Source: a bacterium
GTDB taxonomy: Bacteria > Electryoneota > JAOADG01
Length of the DNA stretch: 64,000 nt
Direction of reading: 5' to 3'
Assembly (NCBI GenBank): GCA_963681965.1
Contig: OY820579.1
Span: 1,952,001 to 2,016,000, forward strand
A model generated the notes under the pieces. The model was not told the origin of the DNA. It ran no database searches and saw nothing but the letters and a program-made list of their open reading frames with translations. Both the position numbers and the translations under genes were made by a program. Below are positions 29,660 through 38,896 of the stretch, piece after piece (position 1 is the first letter of the stretch; every line of letters begins with the position of its first letter).

Positions 29660-31162
29660 TCATTCCCACACGCTGCCGCCGATAAATTCGCGAATCACAC
29701 TGTGCAACGGGATTGCCCGGGCATCGATCGGGCGAACCAAATCGAGCATTGTTTGGATGCGTTCGGCATGACCCGCTGCTGCATCGGTAAATTGCGTCAT
29801 TCCCATCAAGTGCAACGCTGGTGTTTTCAAACACCCGATTTCGTAGGGTAGCGCGGTATTGAATAGAATATCGGCATTATCCTGATACGGGAAAATCCAC
29901 CGATCTTCTCCTGCTCGGACGCTATCCCAGCGACCGTAGGTCGATTGCGGTGTATGTCCCCGCGTCCGGTAATCGCGTACTAAACGTCGAACCAAGCGAA
30001 TATCGCTAGTCGGAATCCGGCTGTGACGATCGATATTTAAATTGGTCAATGCCGAAACAAAAATACGCACCAGATTACCGGTATTGATTTCTGGCATCAA
30101 ACTCGGATTCAGTCCGTGAATCCCTTCCAAGATCAATACTTCATTGTCGCGTAAATGAACCGATTTCGATCCACGTTGGCTTTGACCATTGATGAAATCG
30201 AACTCCGGTAGAACAATAGTCTCCCCTTTTAACAGTCGGGAAACGTCTTCTGTCAACATCTCGCGATTGAGGCAATCGAAGTGCTCAAAATCGTAATTAC
30301 CAAATTCGTCTTTCGGACATTCCGGACGATTCTTGAAATAGTCGTCCATCTGGATTGGGGTTGAATGGATCGCTTGCGCGCGAAGCTGGATCATTAATCG
30401 GCGTGAAAACGTGGTTTTTCCCGATGAACTGGGTCCGGCAATCAACACAATTCGTGTCTCGGGCATACCGAGTACGATCGAACGCGTGACATCGGTGAGA
30501 TGCTGTTCGTGTAACGCTTCCGAAGTTAAAATCAAACCAGTCGCATCATTTTCGATTTGTAAGTTGAGCGTACCGATATCGTATGAACGGGTTCGCATCC
30601 CCCAATCTTTTGTCTGCATTAAAGTCGCAAATAGTTTTTCCGATGGGACGAATGGGGCAAGTGTGTCCGGATTTTTCCGATCTGGTAATCGTAGTACAAA
30701 ACCTTCGGCAAACGGTTCGAGCGCGAAAGTGCTGATATGCGCTAGATCCTGATCCATTTCACCCGGAAACCAAGCTTCACACCCATTTAATCGCCAAAGT
30801 CGAACGTTTTCCGCACCCGATTGTTCTAGAAGTCGTACGGCACCAGTCCATCCACGCTCTTGGAGACACGATACTGCTTTGCTCCAATTCCAGACAATCG
30901 GTTCGATCGGATGGTTTTCGGCGATAATGCGATGCATTTCCTGTTCGATGGCAGGCAAGTCGATTTCGGCACGGTGTGTGCCGTTCAACGATTTCTTGAG
31001 TGCAGTACAGTACAAACCACCGGCAAACCGACTGTGGACGATGAAATCGTTATCATCGTCGAGTCGTTTCATTGCCGCAAGTAGCAACAACGTGATCGAA
31101 CGCTCTTGCTGGTAAAATAAATTATAACGCGATTCGTGCCCTTCCGGGTAGATCATATCCAT
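29660..31162 (-). CDS. Uridine/nucleoside kinase family protein with a ThrRS-like N-terminal extension
   Basis: IAGPSSSGKTT P-loop, DDYF, EGIHGLN, RRLVRD, REFIGGS. Confidence 0.85.
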   Translation of the reverse strand: MDMIYPEGHESRYNLFYQQERSITLLLLAAMKRLDDDNDFIVHSRFAGGLYCTALKKSLNGTHRAEIDLPAIEQEMHRIIAENHPIEPIVWNWSKAVSCLQERGWTGAVRLLEQSGAENVRLWRLNGCEAWFPGEMDQDLAHISTFALEPFAEGFVLRLPDRKNPDTLAPFVPSEKLFATLMQTKDWGMRTRSYDIGTLNLQIENDATGLILTSEALHEQHLTDVTRSIVLGMPETRIVLIAGPSSSGKTTFSRRLMIQLRAQAIHSTPIQMDDYFKNRPECPKDEFGNYDFEHFDCLNREMLTEDVSRLLKGETIVLPEFDFINGQSQRGSKSVHLRDNEVLILEGIHGLNPSLMPEINTGNLVRIFVSALTNLNIDRHSRIPTSDIRLVRRLVRDYRTRGHTPQSTYGRWDSVRAGEDRWIFPYQDNADILFNTALPYEIGCLKTPALHLMGMTQFTDAAAGHAERIQTMLDLVRPIDARAIPLHSVIREFIGGSVWE

Positions 31163-31342
31163 ACTGTAGCCTGATCTTGCAAAATACTTCCTCTATTATA
31201 TCGGTGAAATTATCTACTCAGTAGAGTGAACGCACAACTAGTCGGAAAAGTGTCGAAATGCGATACAGCTTGCCGAATTACACCATTAGAAGTTCCAAGA
31301 TAATCGATTTTAACGTATATTAATAGCCTTCGATACAAGGAG

Positions 31343-32857
31343 ATGGAAATGGCGGTGGTCGCATATCAGAAATTAACGGATAAATTCCGCGAAATATCCA
31401 CTTTACAAAGTATTGGTGGTCATTTAGGCTGGGATCAGCAGGTCAATTTACCAGTCAAAGGGATCGAACTGCGCGCACAACAACTGGAGCTGTTGGCAGG
31501 ACTGTCACACGAATGGTTGGTCGCACCCGAGGTGGGCGAGCTGTTCGCTAAAATCGATAGCCAGCTTGGCGAATTGACGCCTGATGAATTGCAGAACTTC
31601 AAACAACTGAAACGGGGCTGGGAACAAGCCACCAAGTTGCCGAAAGAGCTGGTTGAAGAGATTACCCGCGAAACGACATTGGCTCACGAAATCTGGGTTG
31701 GTGCACGCAAGAATAAGGATTTTGGCGCATTTGCTCCGACTTTGGAAAAGTTGATTAATCTCAGTCGAAAACAAGCTGAACTCTGGGCAAAACCGGGACA
31801 GTCACACTACGATGTGTTGATCGACGTTGGCTACGAACAGGATGCGACCGAGGCATATTACCGGAAGATTCTGGGTGGCGTCAAAGATCGATTGGTGCCG
31901 TTAGTACGCAAGATCGCCAATTCCGGCAAGAAAATCGATCAAAGCTTTTTAACCAAACGCGACTACGATACCGATATGCAGAAGAAATTCGGTTCGGCTG
32001 TGATCACCGATCTCGGATTCGATTGGGATGCCGGACGACTCGATGTTGCAGTCCATCCATTCTGTTCCGGCGCCGGTGGCGATATTCGCATCACCACGCG
32101 GTACATGAAGAATTGGCCGACCGGTTCGTTGTTCGGGATTATTCACGAAGCCGGACACGCGATGTACGAACAGGGGTTACCACTGGAGCAATTCGGTCTA
32201 CCGCTCGGATCTGCCGTCAGTTGCGCGGTACACGAATCGCAATCGCGGTTCTGGGAGAATATCGTCTGCCGCAGTAAATCGTTCTGGACCGGTCAGTGGC
32301 GACGGTTGCGTGATTTCTACGGCGAAAATGTCGCCGATGTTACATTCGAGCAGTGGTATGGTGCCATCAATAAAGTGGAACCGAGCTATATTCGCGTCGA
32401 AGCCGATGAATGTACTTACGATCTGCATATTCTACTTCGATTTGAAATGGAAGCCGACCTGTTTGCAGGACGTCTGTCCGTAAACGACATCCCGGCAGCA
32501 TGGAACAAGAAGGTTTCGGATTACCTCGGGATCGAAGTGAAGAACGATGCCGAAGGGTGTCTGCAAGATGTCCATTGGTCGAGTGCTTTGTTTGGATACT
32601 TCCCATCATATAGCTTGGGCAACATCATTGCCGGGCAACTTTGGGCAAGTATGCGCAAAGCCAATCCGAAGGTCGAAGAAGAAATTGCCGCCGGAAACTT
32701 CAAGAATGTCCTCGCATGGTTGCGTGAGAATGTCCACCAGCATGGACAGCGTTACCTGCGCGATGAGCTGGTGCAGCGTGCTACCGGAAAACCGTTGGCT
32801 GCCGACGATTACGTCGCGTACCTCGAAGCAAAATTTGGAGATGTTTACGGGGTCTAG
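31343..32857 (+). CDS. Carboxypeptidase, family M32
   Basis: HPFC, DIRITTRY, HEAGH, HESQS, IRVEADE, LQDVHW, GYFPSY. Confidence 0.95.
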   Translation: MEMAVVAYQKLTDKFREISTLQSIGGHLGWDQQVNLPVKGIELRAQQLELLAGLSHEWLVAPEVGELFAKIDSQLGELTPDELQNFKQLKRGWEQATKLPKELVEEITRETTLAHEIWVGARKNKDFGAFAPTLEKLINLSRKQAELWAKPGQSHYDVLIDVGYEQDATEAYYRKILGGVKDRLVPLVRKIANSGKKIDQSFLTKRDYDTDMQKKFGSAVITDLGFDWDAGRLDVAVHPFCSGAGGDIRITTRYMKNWPTGSLFGIIHEAGHAMYEQGLPLEQFGLPLGSAVSCAVHESQSRFWENIVCRSKSFWTGQWRRLRDFYGENVADVTFEQWYGAINKVEPSYIRVEADECTYDLHILLRFEMEADLFAGRLSVNDIPAAWNKKVSDYLGIEVKNDAEGCLQDVHWSSALFGYFPSYSLGNIIAGQLWASMRKANPKVEEEIAAGNFKNVLAWLRENVHQHGQRYLRDELVQRATGKPLAADDYVAYLEAKFGDVYGV

Positions 32858-32884
32858 TACGTATCTATTAAATTTATCAGCATT

Positions 32885-32919
32885 GAATCCGGACAGTTCA
32901 TACAGTCCGGATTCTTTTT
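32885..32919 (+). terminator. Intrinsic terminator
   Basis: GAATCCGGAC-agttcataca-GTCCGGATTC followed by TTTTT. Confidence 0.85.
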
Positions 32920-32989
32920 ATTAAGTCAGTACTCCATTGACAGAAGATCTTTAACTTGGTAGTTTTCGAATAACAACCCGAGTCTTACG

Positions 32990-34618
32990 ATGTATACTTA
33001 TCGATATATTTTGATCTTCATTGTATCTTTTTTATGTGTATCGTTAGTTCAAGCACAGCAATGGCGCAAAACGATTGCATTTCCGAATTACGAGACTGTG
33101 ACAGCGGTTCAAGCTTTACCGGATGGTGGCTTCTATCTCTGCGGTACTACTACTCCCGATCGCGCTTTCGTTTGTCGTTTAACTGCTGCTGGCGATACTC
33201 TTTGGGTGAATAATTCGCATACGGTAGGCTCGAACTTAAATCGAATTCTGGTTACTCACGATGGCGGTTGGATTGCATGCGGGTATCGGGTTCGGTCCGA
33301 TAGTTTCAAAGTCGGAACAGTGACTTGGAATCAACCGCATCAAGCATTGTGGTTGGTGCGGGGAACGTCAAACGGAAGTTTGATCTGGGCGAAACGATAC
33401 GGCACACCGTTGTCGAACAGCTTTTTCGATATCGCCCCGGCACCGGATGGCGGGTATCTCCTCGTCGGAGGCGCGAATACCGAAGTTATCTGCGATGCCG
33501 ACGATTATCAAATGTTCTTGATGAAAGTGACTGAAACCGGCGATTCTCTCTGGAAAACCAAGCAATCGACGATCGAGAAAATTAAGAGTACATCGATGCG
33601 TCCCTATACTTGTCGGTTTTCACTTGTTACATCGAATCAAATTGTGATTACCGGTTGCAATCTTTCTTTCGGGTATCCTAGTAGCAGTGTTCACTCGGTA
33701 TTTCAGTACATAACCGATAGGAATGGAAATTATCGATCCTCCAAAGTGTTTTCACCACTAGTGAAATCGTCGATTGAGCGGATATTGGGAAATCGAAGTA
33801 ACACGTTGGGAGATTACTCTAGTGGGGGTATAGCACTCGCCAGTGGTGATATTTTGTGGTGTGGTACAGCGAATGTCGATGCCGGTGACAATAATGTCTC
33901 TGGAACTAGATACGGATACGATGGTTTTTTGATGCGGACAAATTCGCTGGGGGATACACTCTGGACGCGTCGAAGCCGAATGCCCGGTAACGATGATAAT
34001 CGACTGATTCTTCCGGTGCCAGGGGGGGCAGTGGTCGGTGGAACGCGCTGGTCCGGTTGGAACTACGATTTCAGTCTTACGAAGTTAAATCTGAATGGCG
34101 ATACGATTTGGGATCGGCATTACGGGGATGGGCAATATTGTTATTTGAAATTTGTGGCTCTTGCCAATGATGGTGGTTATCTTCTTTGTGGCGACACCGA
34201 TCCCACCAATCAAGCAAAACTTCTATTAATAAAAGTCGATTCATCGGGATCGCGTTCGGAACTGAGTAATTCCAAAATAACATTCGATCGCGAATTGCGG
34301 CTGGGTCTTTCATGTGAATTTTCAGGAAATTGTGATGAAAAAGTCGTATTCGAATTACCAAAAGTCGATTCCATTACAGTCAGTTTCTTCGATGAGAAAG
34401 GTCGGAAATTATTTACTGAATTTTCCAGTAGAAAACGAGCCGGACGATATTCTATTCCAATAGATTACTCTTCCGAAGGGAATTCGGACAATAAGAAATG
34501 GAACAGCTTAATGAAAGTGATGTATCTTCGGATGGATGGTTCGGGATATTCGGTAGTTCGAAAGATCGGGTGTGGTTACGGTGGTTTTTTTGAACGGAAA
34601 TCGATGCAACCATTTTAA
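32990..34618 (+). CDS. Secreted beta-propeller-like protein with a degenerate C-terminal sorting domain
   Basis: Signal peptide ..VQA; repeated DGG(Y/F/W) and GDTLW motifs; FELPK..FFDEKGRK remnant of a CTD. Confidence 0.75.
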   Translation: MYTYRYILIFIVSFLCVSLVQAQQWRKTIAFPNYETVTAVQALPDGGFYLCGTTTPDRAFVCRLTAAGDTLWVNNSHTVGSNLNRILVTHDGGWIACGYRVRSDSFKVGTVTWNQPHQALWLVRGTSNGSLIWAKRYGTPLSNSFFDIAPAPDGGYLLVGGANTEVICDADDYQMFLMKVTETGDSLWKTKQSTIEKIKSTSMRPYTCRFSLVTSNQIVITGCNLSFGYPSSSVHSVFQYITDRNGNYRSSKVFSPLVKSSIERILGNRSNTLGDYSSGGIALASGDILWCGTANVDAGDNNVSGTRYGYDGFLMRTNSLGDTLWTRRSRMPGNDDNRLILPVPGGAVVGGTRWSGWNYDFSLTKLNLNGDTIWDRHYGDGQYCYLKFVALANDGGYLLCGDTDPTNQAKLLLIKVDSSGSRSELSNSKITFDRELRLGLSCEFSGNCDEKVVFELPKVDSITVSFFDEKGRKLFTEFSSRKRAGRYSIPIDYSSEGNSDNKKWNSLMKVMYLRMDGSGYSVVRKIGCGYGGFFERKSMQPF

Positions 34619-34756
34619 CAAAGTAGCAACGGTTCAATACATTTGTTTTCGAATGTTTCAACCACTTCTAGGACCGAAATCACAACAACATTATATCGCT
34701 GTTATCTTTTTACATCGTTTTCCGGAAATTGACAAGCCGAAGAACTTAAAAATAGT

Positions 34757-34786
34757 AAAATGGCGCTGATTTTAGCAGCGCCTTTC
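34757..34786. terminator. Probable bidirectional terminator
   Basis: GGCGCTG-attttag-CAGCGCC flanked by A and T runs, between convergent genes. Confidence 0.55.
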
Positions 34787-34849
34787 AAATTTTAGTCGGT
34801 AAAAAAATCTGAGCGAAACACTCTTCAACCAATTGAAATCAACGAGTCG

Positions 34850-35065
34850 TTATTTGTTGATGATATCCGCTACTCGAAAGCTCTGGTTCGGATAGATATC
34901 TTTCGGTACATCGAGCAAACTTTTCGCCTGAATAATTTCAAAAATTGCGCACGCCTTGAAGTCGTTTTCGCAATACAAACTCACATTGGTCTTATACATG
35001 ACATCGTGAATCGGAACTTTCCGAAGGTAGAAAATACAAACGCCGCAATAAGAGCACTTCATCAT
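34850..35065 (-). CDS. Small cysteine-rich protein, putatively metal-binding
   Basis: CSYCGVCIF..YC..CA..VPKDIYPN; GAGG RBS; starts 5 bp after the GAF gene stop. Confidence 0.7.
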   Translation of the reverse strand: MMKCSYCGVCIFYLRKVPIHDVMYKTNVSLYCENDFKACAIFEIIQAKSLLDVPKDIYPNQSFRVADIINK

Positions 35066-35070
35066 TCACC

Positions 35071-35565
35071 TCACGACATTTGGAAGAATTTCTTGATAAT
35101 TGGCCATGCTCGACGACCGAATTGTTGAAGCAATTCGCCGTCTTCCGGGGTGTAATCGGTAAGCTTGTTACCGACCCCGAGGATACCCACCATTTTATCA
35201 TCTTCCCAAATCGGAACATTCAAATGCCGGATTGTTAGAACATGCCCAATCGGTTGTCCTTTCTTGGTGTGTCGCGTGGAATTGGCATAATCGTTTGTGA
35301 TGACCGGTTGTCGTTCGCGAAGACAATCGCCCCAGAGACCGGTCGCATCGAACGGATATTCGAGTGGTTTTTCTTGCATCGCGCAATTTTTCATTGCTTT
35401 ATTTGACCAGCCAATCATCGTCAATAAATTGGCTGCGGGGTCAAAAGTAGCGAAGTAACCGATGTCGCTATGGGTAAGAGCGATGCCCTCTTCAACCATG
35501 AGATCGGAGACTTCTTTCCGGTAATCCTCTTCCGCTTTTCGAAGTTTTGCCAGCGATTTGTCCAT
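35071..35565 (-). CDS. Stand-alone GAF-domain protein
   Basis: GLWGDCLRERQPVITNDY..GHV..RHLNVPI..GVGNKLTDY; AGGAG RBS. Confidence 0.85.
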   Translation of the reverse strand: MDKSLAKLRKAEEDYRKEVSDLMVEEGIALTHSDIGYFATFDPAANLLTMIGWSNKAMKNCAMQEKPLEYPFDATGLWGDCLRERQPVITNDYANSTRHTKKGQPIGHVLTIRHLNVPIWEDDKMVGILGVGNKLTDYTPEDGELLQQFGRRAWPIIKKFFQMS

Positions 35566-35846
35566 GATCTCTCCTTAAAAAATATCTGGAAAATCCGCTT
35601 ATAAAATCGCATCTCTTGTGATTGCAAAGCTGGGTAAAAAGCAATATTGTTGATAATTAATAAAAATCGGATTTGAATGTTATTTGAACAATATATGGAA
35701 ATATAATCTGAGCGAATTACTGAGTGCAACTTAAATTGTCAGTTCTGATTAAATTAATATATTAGTACTCAATATAATTGGGTGCATAAATGAAATACTA
35801 ATAGAGAAGCTGTTTGCAGAAGATTTGGGGATCATCGAAGAGTGCG

Positions 35847-38558
35847 TTACTTGAAAACTTCGGGAAAGTACAGTTTACTACATTCTGGACACATTCCGTG
35901 ACTGAACTGCGCTTGCGATCGATTTGAAACATATTGCTCCATATCGTGCCAAGTGTCATCGTCGTCCCGGATCTTTTTGCAGTAGCTACAAATAGGCAAA
36001 ATACCTTCCAATTGTTGTACTTTGCAAAGAGCATTTTGTAATTCGATGACTAATTGTTCCAGTTCCGCTTGTGCCTGTTTCCGATCAGTAATATCGTGCC
36101 AGGAACATATCAAAACCGTCTGTCCATCTAACAACATAGAAATCTTCGATACTTCGACATATACATTCGTTCCATCAAGCCGCCGGTGAACCCATTCGAA
36201 TGTTTTACTTCCAGTTTGCAGTGCTTCTTGGATCCATACTTCCAATACATCAGTCGATTTCCTGCCGTCTGGCTGAAATTCCGGTGAAAAGTATCCGGGT
36301 GTTTGTCCAACGATCTGAGATCGATCGCCATGCAAAATTAGTTCGGCTGCATGATTGCAATCGATGTAGACACCGTTCTGTAAAATTAAATAGGGATCGG
36401 GCGATTCACGGAATAAAATTCGATACTTCTCTTCGCTTTCACGAAGGATATTCTCAGTTCGCTTGCGATGGGTGATATCGGCGATTATGCCACAAGCATA
36501 CTCTTCGTTTTCGAATTCGACATAATTCGATCTGATTTCAACGGGAAACACTTCTCCACTTTTAGTGATTTGTTCACTTTCGAATATCATGTGTTTCCGT
36601 TGCTTCAGCTCTTTCCAGTGATCTTCCCACGCTTTTGCATCGAATTGCGGCATAAAATCGGTTACTGATCGCTGTAATAACTCATCTTTGGAATACCCCA
36701 ATTTTGTATAAGCTGCTTTATTAATGTAAACCAAACTCCGATCCGGTCTAACCCAAATTGCCGAATTGTTCATGTTATCGATAACAAATTGGGTAAATCG
36801 AAGTGCTTCCTCAGTACGTTTCCGTTTTGTAATATCGCGAGAAACGCCGAGTATTTCCATTCGACCGGTTTTCTGATTACGGTAATACCGAGTAATGACT
36901 TCCGTGTTAACGAACGATCCATCTTTACATGGTTGAGTAACTTCCTCTAAAAAGAATTGGTTGGGTCGTTCGATATTGTCATCTGACAATGATGCCAAGC
37001 GATCGTGAATCATTTTTCGGACGGCTAGTGCTTGTTCAGAAGTTAACGCTGCGTCCATTGGTTTCGACATCACCTCTTCAGGTGTGAATCCGCGTAATTC
37101 TAACACTGAAGGACTAACGTAGGTAAATCGGAGTGTTTCGATATCGATTATCCAGACAACGTCTTTCATGTTTTCGGTTAAAAAACGATATTTTTCTTCG
37201 CGTTCACGTAACGATTCTTCGATCCGGTTTCGTTCGATAATCTCGTGTTGTAACGATAAATTGGTTTTAGATAACAGGGAAGTTCGGTCAGTAACTTGTT
37301 GTTCAAGTTCGGAGTTGAGTTTCCTGAGCGCCAAACGGGCAGATCGAAGACGGTGAGTAATGATTGCAAGAACGAGCACCATGATCAACAGACCGACAAA
37401 GCAGATCAAAATCGTGATGATTTCAAGACGATATTCCAACCACATCGATCGGGTCTGGTGCTTGACAATACTGCCCGGTGGAAGATCGGAGATTGAAATG
37501 TGGTATTTTTGCAATGCTGGATAGTCGAAGATAAAGCGGTTGCTTTTATCGGTGTCGATTAAAATCGTTTTTGGCAATTCACCGTGTAAAACTCGCAATC
37601 CAATTTTTACGGCATCTAGCGTTTGTTGTTCTACGCTATAGAGGTAGCCACCGATTGTGCCGGTACCGATAAAGTGGTCGTATCCGGAGATCACTGGGAC
37701 ACTTGAAACGAAAGCTATTTCCCGAATAACATCGATAGGTCGATAGAGATTGCCGGATACATCTTCGAACAACGGATGATAGAGTACTACCGAAGTTGAG
37801 GGTAATTGCGAAATGCGATGCTTGATTTCGGGTAAAGTGAGTGTTGAATAATCGGTAATTTTACATTTATCACGAAAGTTCTTCTGAAAAATTTCAATGG
37901 GATCATTCAACATCAAATCGGTCTTGCCTACACCGCGAATCAGAACAATTTCATTTGTTTTTGGAAACGAATTCAAATACCAGTTCAAACTGGACAAGTA
38001 GTCGACATTGGCACAGACTCCGGTGATATTGGATGAAAGTTGCAATGAAGCGATCCTGTTCGCTGTTACGTCGAAAAAAACTGTTGGAACATTCGGTGCA
38101 AATTGTTGTTGGTGCTTCAACCATAAATCGAGCATCTCGTCGGAACATAGAAATATCAAATCGATTTTCTTTTGTCGATACTTGACCGGAAAATACTCCA
38201 ATAGCTGTGAACGGTAGTCAAGGTCGGTGAAACGATTCAAATCGAGATATTCGAAATACAGTTCGGTCTTGATATCGGTTGCTTTATGGAATTCTGCTCG
38301 TATTACTTGCGAGCAAATCAATGAAACAGGTAAATCCAGTTGATAGGGGGAGAGAATTAATACTTGTTTGATGTCTTTCTGGGTGGTACTATTTTGTCTT
38401 GATGAATCGTTATTGTTTGAAGGGTGATAAACAGACGATGGAGATGTATTTGCACTTGCCTGACTGAACACCAGCATCCACCATGCCAGTAGAACAATGA
38501 GAATACGCGGTCTTAGAATCACTAAAATCGGTAAGTGAAATATCGGTTTCGAATTCAA
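35847..38558 (-). CDS. Membrane sensor: periplasmic binding-protein-like domain, TM, three PAS domains and a C-terminal 4-Cys tail
   Basis: Three DIT(K/H/D)RK PAS-PAC junctions; LPICSYCKKIRD..FSHGMCPEC; no kinase or cyclase domain seen. Confidence 0.85.
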   Translation of the reverse strand: MNSKPIFHLPILVILRPRILIVLLAWWMLVFSQASANTSPSSVYHPSNNNDSSRQNSTTQKDIKQVLILSPYQLDLPVSLICSQVIRAEFHKATDIKTELYFEYLDLNRFTDLDYRSQLLEYFPVKYRQKKIDLIFLCSDEMLDLWLKHQQQFAPNVPTVFFDVTANRIASLQLSSNITGVCANVDYLSSLNWYLNSFPKTNEIVLIRGVGKTDLMLNDPIEIFQKNFRDKCKITDYSTLTLPEIKHRISQLPSTSVVLYHPLFEDVSGNLYRPIDVIREIAFVSSVPVISGYDHFIGTGTIGGYLYSVEQQTLDAVKIGLRVLHGELPKTILIDTDKSNRFIFDYPALQKYHISISDLPPGSIVKHQTRSMWLEYRLEIITILICFVGLLIMVLVLAIITHRLRSARLALRKLNSELEQQVTDRTSLLSKTNLSLQHEIIERNRIEESLREREEKYRFLTENMKDVVWIIDIETLRFTYVSPSVLELRGFTPEEVMSKPMDAALTSEQALAVRKMIHDRLASLSDDNIERPNQFFLEEVTQPCKDGSFVNTEVITRYYRNQKTGRMEILGVSRDITKRKRTEEALRFTQFVIDNMNNSAIWVRPDRSLVYINKAAYTKLGYSKDELLQRSVTDFMPQFDAKAWEDHWKELKQRKHMIFESEQITKSGEVFPVEIRSNYVEFENEEYACGIIADITHRKRTENILRESEEKYRILFRESPDPYLILQNGVYIDCNHAAELILHGDRSQIVGQTPGYFSPEFQPDGRKSTDVLEVWIQEALQTGSKTFEWVHRRLDGTNVYVEVSKISMLLDGQTVLICSWHDITDRKQAQAELEQLVIELQNALCKVQQLEGILPICSYCKKIRDDDDTWHDMEQYVSNRSQAQFSHGMCPECSKLYFPEVFK

Positions 38559-38896
38559 ATAGAATTCCTCGGATATTTACTAGTTATTGTGTATCGTCAC
38601 TGTAGTTAACAGCAAGAATTTATCTCGGAAAATTGATGCGATACGATTGGAATCAATCTAACTTTAACCATTATATCGATACAATTAATCGATAACAAGA
38701 GTTTCTTTTTGTATTCAATAATTGGTTAAGTTAATATAATCGATCTGAAGGATATCAACTGCTTCTTGTGACTCAACGGTCTTTTGGCTGGAAATGTCGA
38801 TTGCTTTATCGATGAAACGTCGAAGTCGACTTCACCAACGGTGTTGACAGGTGAAATCGACTTCGGTGCATCGAAAGAAAATGAATCAAGAGAATT

